Positions 28,994-40,484 are shown, counted from the first letter of the stretch. The stretch: DNA of 52,686 bases from Piromyces finnis finn (GCA_002104945.1 MCFH01000107.1:1-52686); one strand, 5' to 3'. The notes: generated by a model not told the origin, from the sequence alone. Numbers and translations are program-made.

Positions 28994-31900
28994 TCTCTTG
29001 GGAACGTGCCTTCATTTATTTAATAAATGTAGTTTCTCAAGGGGGTCTACTCATGCTCATGGTACTGAGAGAGTAGAAAGAATTAAATCCAAGCATTGCG
29101 CAATGGATGCTTGATTAGTCTTTAAGGGAAAATTATTAGGACTAAGCTCATGGTACTGAGCGATTAAAAAACATTTTATTCATCAAATTTAAGTATTTGA
29201 TGAATAAGTGAATGTTTGATATTCAGGTAAGTTTGTATAGTATTTAATTAGAAGAGTAATACATTTTGTTGCTGTATTTTTTCTTTTATTCATGTATTCA
29301 TGTAGTACTACTCTTCTCTTGTAAGAATCCAATGTAGTCAACTTTAGCATTTGCATTGTATTTTTATATTTATGTAGCTATTGTTGTATTGTTTCTTGTA
29401 AGAGACTGATTCACTCTACATCATGTAAAAATACTATTCACAAGCTTTCTGGTGTCGACATTCTTGATTCAAATTTTTTACCAATTTAAATATTTAATTA
29501 AAAGTAAAGTCAAACAAGTTTAGTGTCAAAAAGCGATTCGAATTTACTAACAACAAACCAAAACTAGAATTTTTAAAGAAAATTTACAACTAGAATTCAA
29601 AAAAAAAAGAAACTTTAAACAAAGCATCGTAACAATTTTTGTACTATCCAGTACTTTTAAGAAGAGAGAGAGAGACAGATTTTTTTTCCATATACGTTAT
29701 ATTTATAATTTTTATTAGTATTTATTTTATATTCAATATTTTTAATTAGAATTTATTATCATGTCAGTCCTTTATATTAAAGACAAGAATTATATCAGAC
29801 GTGGTACCCGGTCTTATGGTATCCCCTTAGATGATATTCGCTCCTTCTTTATCCGTGGTATTCGATCATGGTCAGTAAATATGCTATGGGAAAAACTCGA
29901 GGTTATTCTAGAAGATAAATTTAATTCAGTTATTAGTGTTAAATATTTTCAGACTTTCAATGATCACTTTTTCTTAGTCAAGGTTCATGGTTCATCGAAA
30001 GATTGTATTAAAATCTTACACATGTTAAAGAAGAAACTTTCAGTTACCTCAATTTCCTTTTCAGCTCGTAGTAGAAGGAATCACAAATACACTTTTTCCA
30101 CTCTCAAACGTAAAATTTTAGTTTCTAATAAACATCAACATTCTATTCAACAATCATTTCAACAATCAGTTCAACAATCTCATCAACAATCCGATCTTCA
30201 ACAAGATCTTCAACAGGATCTTCAACAAGTTTCCCATCATGAAAATATTCCAGATCTACAGTTAACACAATTTCAATCTCAACATTCAACAATTAATTCT
30301 AATAGTTCTATCAACTCAAATAACAGTTCAATAGTTGATAGTTCTTCAGCTTCACAGCCATCTAGTAATAGTTCTACTTATTCCTCTGATGCATCATCCA
30401 TTAATAACGATGACTTTAATAATAATAATAATAGCAACGATTCTTCCTCATCCAACAAGCCTGATAACTTTTCTTTTTGTCTTAGTTGGAACACCAATGG
30501 GTGGAATCATGAAAAGAGAGATAGTATTAGCTATTTCACAGCTATTTTCAAACCATTATTTTTATGTTTCCAAGAAACTGGTAATGGTTCTGGATCGAAT
30601 ACAGATTATCCTTGTCGTGTTACTTTGCGAAACTATAGACACTTTTTCAAGAAAGCTGACGAATCAGTTCCGGGAATGAGAGGTTTATATTTAGGTTTTC
30701 ACAATTCATGTCAAGCCTCACTTGAAAACTTCTCTGGAAAGTATATTATTTCTATTTATACTTTTAGTCTCTGGAATAGATTCAAATGCTCGATTGGTAA
30801 TGTTTATATGCCTCATAGTCATCACAACATCTATGTTGATCATGCAAAGTTAGAAGTTCGCTTGTGGTTACAAACTCATTCATCCCATCCATCGATTCTT
30901 GTTGGTGATTTTAATATGTCTAAAGTAAAATTATCCAACTGGTTATCAACTAATGGATTAGGAGATTGGGAAATTCTTCCGCTTAGAGGGTCTACTATCT
31001 CTTGGACTCGAGGTGATCAATCTTCCGACATTGACCATGCTCTTATCAATTCGAAGATGAAAGATCTTATTCACTCAGGATCATTTATAAATAATTTTTA
31101 TCCTGTATCAGACCATAAGCCACTTCTTATTAATGGTAAAATTATTCCTATGGAAGATTTTTCTAATGACTTTAATGTTCCTAAGAAAATTCTGAAATGG
31201 AATAGATTAAAATGTATTGAGGAAAAGGAATCTATTCTCAGTCATAATAAATTCCAAATACTTTCAGCAAAATCCAACGATCCTAATGTTTCTACAGATG
31301 AACTTTCCAAAGAGTTTACTTCAACTGCTTTTTCAATTGCAGACGAGCTCAGTATTACTTCAGCAAATAATGTTATAAAGTCTTCATTTCATATTTCACA
31401 ACAAATTTTTAATCTTCAAAAAATCAAAATGAAGTTGTATAAGAGATTTAAAAAAGAAAGAATTTATGATATAGATGAATTTATTAAAAGAATTAAAATC
31501 TACCGTAAACTCATTGATTACATCCACAAAAGATGTAATGAATTTAGGAAGCAAGAATATCTTCATTGGATTAAAACAGGATGTGAGTATATGAAGAGTC
31601 ATAATCCTAAGAAGGCCTGGAAATGGATCAAGAAAACTGCAAAAATTGGAAAAGATTCTTTCTTTATTGCTCAACCAATTAAAAATAAAAATGGAGAATT
31701 AGTTGTTGCTACGGAAGAACAACTAGATGTGTGGCATGATCATTTCGAAAATCTTGCATCAGACCCAAGTGGTGTAAGTCTTGATTTGGAGCATTGGTAT
31801 GAAGAACCAACGAATAAACGTTTTCACTTCCTATGCTTGATGAGTGGGATATCAACCAAGATATTAGTGTTGATGAAGTCAAGTCAGCTATCCTCTCTAC

Positions 31901-34525
31901 TCCAAATTATAAAGCATCAGGTCCGGATGGTATTCTAATTGAATTTTACAAAGCATTAGTTCCATCAAGTAATGATTCTAATAATGCTACAGATAATAAT
32001 TCTTCTGGTAATACTACTTCAGATAATGATGCTCATGGTTTAAATTTTATTCTTAAATTATTTAACCGTATTTGTGATGGAGATTTCCCCAACTCATGGA
32101 ATGAATCCAGTATTGTTTCTATTCCTAAGAAGGGAGATTTGACAGATTGTGATAACTATCGAGGTATATCACTTATCAATAATGGTATTAAGTTGATCTC
32201 CAAAATTGTCACCACTAGAATCTCAGAATATGGTTTAAAGAATAATTTCATTAGACCTGAACAATTTGGTTTTCGAAAAAAGGAAGAAAGTATTAGTCTT
32301 TTCATTTCAATCCAAGAAATATGCCGTAGACGTCAATTAGATAATAAAGAGACATATTTGGCCTTTTTAGATCTCAGGAAAGCATACGATTCAGTCCCAA
32401 TCGGTAATATTCTCCATAAATTAGATTGTTTAGGAATCCGAGGTAAGAGTCTACAATTTATCAAAAATTTATATTTAACATCTAAGGCTAATGTCAAATT
32501 AGATGGACAATTCTCGAAATCTTTTGATGTGAAGAAAGGAGTCCGTCAAGGTTGCCCTCTTTCTCCTATTCTCTTTAATCTCTTTATTAATGATATATTT
32601 AGAGAGTGCGAAGATCTAGGAGTCAGTTTAGGTGACACTCGATGCTGTGGTGGACTTTTTGCAGATGATATAGTTATTTGTGCTCCAACAAGAGGATGCT
32701 TAAAAAAGATGCTTAGAAGAGTTAATGAATGGGCATTGTATAATGAAATGGAATTTGGTATCCAGAAATGTTCAACGATGGTGATTCGTCCTGAATCAAT
32801 AGAAAATCAGAACAAGAGAGATCCAACATTTTACTTAGCAGGACAACCCATTCCAACTACTGATTGCTATACTTATCTTGGTGTTCCATTTGATAAGAAT
32901 CTGTCCCTTAAACCAGTAATTAAAGCTCTTAATAACAAGGTTTTGAAAGGGCTTTTCTCAGTCAGTAAATTCTTAAGAAATCCTAATATTCCTATTCCTT
33001 TCAAAAAACTAGTACTTAACTCACAAGTGATTAGCAGAGTTTCATACTTTGCACCATTACTTGGATCCAACAAAGCTAGGTCTAGGATTGCTCAGAAGCA
33101 TGTTAACAAAGGAATACGATGGGTTGCCGGAGTTCATAAAGCTGTATCGTTTATATCTTTATACTCTATCTCAAAAGATTTGAATATTCCTCCATTGTCA
33201 GCCAAATGTGCGTTAGCTCAGGTTAGATGTTTTAACAAATGGAAAAACTCAAATTGTATTATCTCACACCTTGTCAATTACATTCCTAAATTTAGAAAAT
33301 ACACGTGGTGCAAATCAAGTAGGACACTTGATAAAAAACTAAAGAAACATGGAGATGTTAAAGCAGTTAAAAACTTTTATTGGAAAGATCTCAAAGGAAA
33401 TTCAATCAAAGCGCAATATTATGATGATAATAAATTTATTGAAACTAAAGATTTTATTAAATTATGTTATGAGTACCCAGAGTTTGCCTATGGCTTCTAC
33501 TGGCTATTGAAAGCAAGAAGCGGATACAAGTTGGATGCTAGAGTTGCCAAAGCTACTAAATTTGTTGATCCAGTTTGTCCTAACTACTGTCCATGTTGCA
33601 AGTGTGGAGATCAAAGTATTAAACATTGGTTATTAGATTGTCCAACATTTAGAGATATCCGTATTAAACATTATGATTCTATAGTCCAGCTATTAAATTT
33701 TTTCAGTCAACGTAATTCCAATAGTCCTATCAATAATAATGAAATTGATAATATCAGTAGAGATAGTAATAACATTAATAGTAATAGTAACAATAGTAGT
33801 AATAACAATAGTAATAGTAACAATAGTAATAATAACAATAATAGAAATAATAATATTAGTAATGATAGCAATAGTGAAGATAATAATTCTAATTTAGATA
33901 GTAATTTAGTTAATGATAGTAATAGTTCTAATAATCCGGTGAATATTAATGTGTATGATTATTCTAGTGTGTGCAGTGAAATATTTAAATTCCTTCTTGG
34001 GGGAAGAAGTTTTAACAATATCAATTACAATTCAAGGGAATGGAAAGAACTTTGTAAGCGTCAGATTCAATCTGGTACTAACGAAGGAACACCATTCTTG
34101 ACGGTAACCGCGGAACTTCTAACCAAAATCATGCCTTTTGCTATTGGCCAGCAATGGACAATGTTCAAAAGGTTTGAAGCAACATCCAAGAGCGTCAATG
34201 CTGAAGAAACAGTAAGACAGGCCAGGAGGGCCAGCGCAACCAATGGAGATCATAATTTTGTTCCATGACAAAATTTTGATCTTTGGCTCGGTGTCCCATT
34301 GGAAGTCAAATACAATTATTATACTTTAGTATGATAGTGGCTTTCTTACTTTAATTAAAATTACTAGAATACATTATACCCAATTTTTATTCATTTGTGT
34401 TTATTTAAACATATTTTTTTTATTTTTATTTTATTTTAATTTTTATATTACATGTATTATAATTTTAATTAAATTAATAATAAAGTTTAAAATATTTGAT
34501 GCCGTTAAAAAAAAAAAAAAAAAAA
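28994..34525 (+). mobile_element. Full-length non-LTR retrotransposon (APE+RT LINE, RTE/RTEX-like), 5.5 kb, with poly(A) tail and 13-bp TSD
   Basis: TSD ggtacacctaaac at 28981-28993 and 34526-34538; A19 tail at 34507-34525; about 770-nt 5' UTR; about 240-nt 3' UTR. Confidence 0.92.
29761..34268 (+). pseudogene. LINE polyprotein (about 1500 aa: RRM-like N-terminus, APE endonuclease, RT, C-terminal CCHC) broken by one 1-nt frameshift near 31830
   Basis: APE motifs SWNTNG, FQET, LVGDFN, DIDHAL, SDHKP; RT motifs PEQFGFR, DLRKAYDSV, GVRQGCPLSP, LFADD, YLG; CPCCKCGDQSIKHWLLDC. Adding one C in cacttcctatg joins the two ORFs (HF-P-MLDEW). Confidence 0.88.
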
Positions 34526-35147
34526 GGTACACCTAAACCTAATTCAAGAATCCTTAAAAAGAAAATATATAAAAGTATTAAAGGTTAAAAATCTCTGAAA
34601 AAAAAATATCGAATATATCCGAATTATATAAATAAATAATATAAGTGAAGTAAGGATATCTTATAATCAATTAAATTATAATAATAATAAACATAATAAA
34701 TAATAATAATAATAATAGAATAAAAAATTAATTTTTCAGTAATTTTTAAATTTATATTTATTATTCATTTCTGTCAAATCCTATCAATTCATAATAGTAC
34801 AGTATCTTTATTTTAAACAACCAACTTTCAATTATATTCATTAAGGATATTAAAAATCATAAATTATAAAGTATCTTCAAATTTTCTTTTAAAATTTTTA
34901 TGTTCTTTATTTTTAGTCGAATATATATTATTGGATCAAAAATTTTTTTTTAATATAAAGATACAAAAAATCTTTATAAATTTTTTTTTTTTTTTTAAAT
35001 TTTGTTATCACTTACAAATACTTCATTGTCAACAATAACACCATCATCATCATCATCATCATCATACACATTTACTATTCCAGTTGATCTAGCCCACTTT
35101 TTCCAAAGGCAAAACTACTGATTTAATAATAAAAAAAGACTAAAAAA

Positions 35148-35219
35148 GGGCTCAGCCGGGAATTGAACCCGGGACCTCTCGCACCCTAAGCGAGAATCAT
35201 ACCACTAGACTACTAAGCC
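35148..35219 (-). tRNA. tRNA-Pro (anticodon AGG), copy 2
   Basis: Identical to copy 1 except G9>A; followed by T6. Confidence 0.96.
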
Positions 35220-35282
35220 AGTCAAAATTTGTGATACGCTACTCACATAAAAACGTAATAAAAACTAGCCGAATAAACACGA

Positions 35283-36960
35283 TGTCATGAATATTAGTGG
35301 ATTCATGATAATTTATTTAAATAATGTTTTATTCATTTAATTAATAAGAAATAATATTTTATAAAAAACATTATTTAATAATATTGTTAGAGATATTTAT
35401 TAATTATAATTATTAAGATTTTTATTATTTAAAGTTTAAATAATATCTCTTTATTCATTTGATGTGGAAGGAAATTTAAATAAATGAAATAGTTAGTCAT
35501 TCCTCCCTCAAATGATCAAAATGACTTAAGCAAGTAATAAAGATAAGTCATAAGCTTAAAGTCATTATATAAATATTTAATATATTTTAATTTATAGAAT
35601 AGTTAATTATATTAAAATTGGAATCATGTATTTTATAATTAATGTAACTTTATTAAATAGAATAATTATTTATTAATTGATTTAAAAAATTATAAATACT
35701 CGAAATTAATTCAACAATTGAATTTTTCGAGAAATCATTAAGTTTTATGACTCTACTTAATGATTAATAAAATATTTGATTAATAAAATGTATTAATAAA
35801 TTTATTAATAAATAAAAGTTTTATAATAAAACATAATTCATATTAATTTAATAAGTAGGGTTAGGGCATTCTGACCTAACTTACCTATAATCACCTCAAA
35901 CCCTTAACAATGATTTCTCCACAGCTAAAGGACTTTGGGATTGCAACTACTGCTTGGAATCTTAGGGTCTACAGGGCTAAAAGTTACTTTAGAATGTCCA
36001 AATAACAATATTAATCAAATTAAATGCGCCTCATACGCCACAATAGAAAATTTGAAATATTCAAGATTGCAACAATCCTGGCTGGAAAATTTTAAGAAGT
36101 TTTAAATCAAAAGAAATTAATTTGCCTATAATAAAGAATTGCATAATATAAATTACAGTAACTATTCTATATTCTACTTTAGGTATAGGAAATCCACATC
36201 CACTATGTGGATATAAATTATAAACATTATAAATTAAACTTTATGGTTGGTAGGACATAAAGATTTAATAATATTTTATTATTTTTATTTTATTTTAAAA
36301 ATTGCCTAGAATTCAATTTTTGTGGACGGGCAATGTCATGAATATTAGTGGATTCATGATAATTTATTTAAATAATGTTTTATTCATTTAATTAATAAGA
36401 AATAATATTTTATAAAAAACATTATTTAATAATATTGTTAGAGATATTTATTAATTATAATTATTAAGATTTTTATTATTTAAAGTTTAAATAATATCTC
36501 TTTATTCATTTGATGTGGAAGGAAATTTAAATAAATGAAATAGTTAGTCATTCCTCCCTCAAATGATCAAAATGACTTAAGCAAGTAATAAAGATAAGTC
36601 ATAAGCTTAAAGTCATTATATAAATATTTAATATATTTTAATTTATAGAATAGTTAATTATATTAAAATTGGAATCATGTATTTTATAATTAATGTAACT
36701 TTATTAAATAGAATAATTATTTATTAATTGATTTAAAAAATTATAAATACTCGAAATTAATTCAACAATTGAATTTTTCGAGAAATCATTAAGTTTTATG
36801 ACTCTACTTAATGATTAATAAAATATTTGATTAATAAAATGTATTAATAAATTTATTAATAAATAAAAGTTTTATAATAAAACATAATTCATATTAATTT
36901 AATAAGTAGGGTTAGGGCATTCTGACCTAACTTACCTATAATCACCTCAAACCCTTAACA
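35283..36960 (+). mobile_element. Non-autonomous LTR element (TRIM-like): two 627-bp LTRs (35283-35909, 36334-36960) and a 424-bp non-coding interior
   Basis: TG...CA LTRs that look identical by eye; 5-bp TSD CACGA at 35278-35282 and 36961-36965; PPT-like gtggacgggcaa at 36322-36333; no ORF. Confidence 0.93.
35909..35919 (+). promoter_or_regulatory. Candidate self-priming primer-binding site (Tf1-like)
   Basis: aatgatttctc (35909-35919) is the exact reverse complement of gagaaatcatt (35729-35739) inside the same LTR. A TATAAAT at 35691 lies 38 nt upstream of that site. There is no TGG tRNA-type PBS. Confidence 0.65.
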
Positions 36961-36976
36961 CACGACTTAACCCATA

Positions 36977-38009
36977 TGTCACGAATACTAGTGAAATTAC
37001 AATTTCAAGATCACTTGGAATTGTGAAATCACTTATGAAAATTTAAAATCAACAAATATTTTATTTTCAAATAAATTATAAAATTTTATTAAGAAATATT
37101 TAAAAATTTAGAAAAGGTTAAAATATGACCTTAACCCTTAATAATTTTTATAATAAATAACTTTAACCCTTATCGTTAAAATGGAATAAGAAAAAACACG
37201 CGTATCTCCTCAACGAATGACGATTTTTGAATAAAAATATTTTGGTTATAATTAAGTTCGTTAGAAAGCCACGCTCGAGACAAACAACATATCTTAAAAT
37301 CAGGTCAATATCTCTGCTGGTTCACGAGATATTCCAATTTAAAGATATTTTGTTAGCAATGATTAATTGTTTATTCAGAGAATGATCACCCCTGATATAT
37401 CAAACATAAATCATTCACTCAAAGTATAAAAAATTATTGTTTAATTAAATTAAAATTATTTTCCGGAACTAATTAACTTTATTTTATAATAATTATTTCA
37501 ACAACATAATTTATAATCTTTGAACTAGAGGATTATAATTATTAATATTATATTCAATGAATTATATTATAAATTAAGAAATAATTAATATTATGAATAT
37601 TATAAACAATAGTTATTTTTAATAATTAGTAGTAAGTCTTAAGTTTAGCCTTAGTATTATAAAATATATTATGAATATAATCATGTACTAAAAAGTTATT
37701 TTAGTATTAAATGTAAAATTACAAATAGTATAAATAGTTTAGAATAGTTTTATGAATTAAATCTTTGTAAAGATTATTATCTTATTAATACTTAATAAGT
37801 ATTACTATTAAATAATCTTATTATTATATATATTCTTTAAATAAAATAAAAAGGAATTATTTTAACTATAATACATAATATAATTATTCATTTATAAATC
37901 AATTAAGATTATTTTAATAAAACATTTTTTTTCTAACCTAGTTATCTTTTAACCTTTTATTTAATTTAATATTTTAATATTAAATTATAAGTTTAGTAAA
38001 ACTTTTACA
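36977..38009 (+). mobile_element. Solo LTR 'C' (1033 bp) nested in the 5' LTR of the Ty3/gypsy element
   Basis: Starts TGTCACGAATACTAGTG and ends AAACTTTTACA; TSD CCATA at 36972-36976 and 38010-38014. The uninterrupted LTR at 46664 shows the empty site (ttaacccatagcgac). Confidence 0.92.
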
Positions 38010-39058
38010 CCATAGCGACTTATAATAAAAATAAAAGATAATAACCCTTAAAAATGAATAAATAATAATTTTATGGAAATATAACCCTTTCCTTTAAATA
38101 AATAATATTCTCTTTATTAAATAATAAATTATGAATAAAAACGACTTAATAGAGATAATAATAAAATAAATTATTAAATAAAATAAAACGACTCAATCCA
38201 AAAATGTATTAAAATAATAAAATAATAATAAGTAAATAAAAATGAATAAATAAACTAAAAAAATAAAATGATATACATTAAATTATTAATTCTAGTGTTT
38301 TATCCAAGTGTTCTTTAGAAATTCTTTCAAACTTATATATATAAATTAACAAATAAATAACTGAGTAATTATTACTAAAAGTGCTTAATTTAAAGCCTGG
38401 AAATAGAACAATAATAACAATTTCAAAGATAAAATACAGAACTCTTTTATGTTTCTGTATAAAATGAGTGTTTATAATAATTGATACTTTTAATATTTTA
38501 ATTTCATTTTAATTTTATTTTAATATTATTTTAATTTTAAATTTTAATTATTTTATTCAAGGTATTATACATTTAATGATAGTCAATGATAATTTATAAT
38601 AATTTTTCTAAATTTAAACATTTTGAAGTAATAAGAAAATCAAATAAGTAATATTCTATAATATTTTATAATACTAAGACATAATTTTAATTTATTCTTT
38701 TAATTTTAATAAATAATAACAATAGTAATAATAACATTTAATAGTTAAAAATAATAATACATGTAATAAATGAAAATGTATAAAAGGAAGATAAAATTCT
38801 TCTTTATAAAGGGGCGGACAATAAATAGAGAATAAAAAGACCATAAACAGATAATAAATAAATTATAAAATATAATAAAGATTTAATTTAAAACATAATA
38901 AGAGTTTATTTTCGAGTTTTGAGTGATTTATTTGTTAATTATAAAACATATTTTATTTTATTTTAAATTTATTGTTTCATCATTATAATATAGAATTTAT
39001 TATTTATTAAAAACATTATATTATTCACAAATATATCGGTCAACGCATCATAAAATTT

Positions 39059-39076
39059 TGGTGGAGAATCCGGGCG
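39059..39076 (+). promoter_or_regulatory. tRNA primer-binding site, probably tRNA-Ala (repeated at 47747-47764)
   Basis: TGGTGGAGAATCCGGGCG is the complement of CGCCCGGATTCTCCACCA, which resembles tRNA-Ala 3' ends. It lies 8 nt after the LTR end. Confidence 0.75.
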
Positions 39077-39190
39077 TGACCAAAGATATGAAAAAGAATA
39101 ATATTAATAATAATACTAATAAATTCTAAGATATTAAGCGTTTATAAAAAAACAGTTTACACTTAATTTAATTTTATTATATATTCTTCT

Positions 39191-39222
<32 letters not shown>

Positions 39223-40445
39223 AAAAAAAATTTAATTATATATATAAAAGGAAATATATATAATTTTAAAATTATAAAAATTTTAATATTTCTAAAAAGG
39301 GTATTTAAGAAATTAAAGATTAAATGATTAGTAGTTAGTCATATACGTTACACAAGGAAGAAAATTTCTATAATTCCTATAATCGTTTCCGTTCTTATTA
39401 TTAATAAGGATAACTTAATCCATTCAGTTAGTTTGTTATATTTCTGATCTATCCAGGGGATCAGTGTGATAGTAAAAACTAGGAAAAAAGTTAATCCTTC
39501 TCAGCAGTTAATAATAAGATCATAATTTGAATTAAATATACAATTTTTATTTCTTAATTAAGAGAATAAATTAATTCACCAGTGCTTATTTGTAGAGGCG
39601 GCTGTTGAATGAAAAACTTCTTAGCTTAAGGCTACCTACATATTAAGCGAATAATTTATTTCAATATTCTTAATTATTGACTAAAAATTTTTTTAATTTA
39701 AATTATAACAAAAAAAAAAAATAGTAAGTATATATTGGTTGTTGTTATATAATAGACTGAGTTCGAAATATAGCAATAATTAAAGCAATTATTATTTAGA
39801 GAGTAAGGCGGGTACACACTCAGCAAGAGGGAGTAGGTATACTAGACAGCCTTTATTTGATTCTCAAGTAAGAGAGTAGCAAGTTCGGCTGAAAATCCTG
39901 AGTAAGGAGCAGAACTTTGGAAGTGAAAATTTATCATTTAAAGGTGGGGGTTTAGTAGGGATCCGAAAGTCTTTATAGTCACTGTGCCTCGGGTGCCTAA
40001 AAATAAATAAATAATTGTAACAATATATATAAACTATTATAATTAAATTAAATAAAAAAAAATATACATATTCTTATAAATTCCTAATTGCAAAAAAAAA
40101 AAAAAAAAAAAAAAAAAATTATTCTTTCATTCTTCCTTGATCATTTAAAATTGAGAGTTAATAAATTGCATTTAAATTTATAATTAGATATTATTCCGTA
40201 AAGCTTCTATTATTCCTGACTAATAATAATAATATAATATACTTTCTATAAAATACTTCTCCGATCTGATCTCATTCAATATTAAATTTCATTATTTATA
40301 TAATTTTTATAATTTATATAATCCATATAATATATATAATTTATACAATATATATATAGATTTCTGTTGTATTACTTATTTTTTATTCTTTTATTTTTCT
40401 TTAATATACTTCTCAATTTCTAAATAATTTTCTTTAATTTTTTTT

Positions 40446-40484
<39 letters not shown>

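Larger units (their letters stand above)
28258..34546 (+). mobile_element. Solo LTR 'B' (about 744 bp reconstructed), interrupted by a LINE 8 nt from its right end
   Basis: Starts TGTGAAGTTTTTCACTGGAT and ends CACCTAAACCTAATTCA. Flanked by AGAAT at 28253-28257 and 34547-34551. Confidence 0.78.

Noticed and set aside
29041-29085. Possible hammerhead or HDV ribozyme (GUC...CUGAGAG...GAAA)
   Set aside because: The core is CUGAGAG rather than CUGAnGA and the stem order does not fit; no P1.1/P3 pseudoknot was found. Kept only as a structured UTR.
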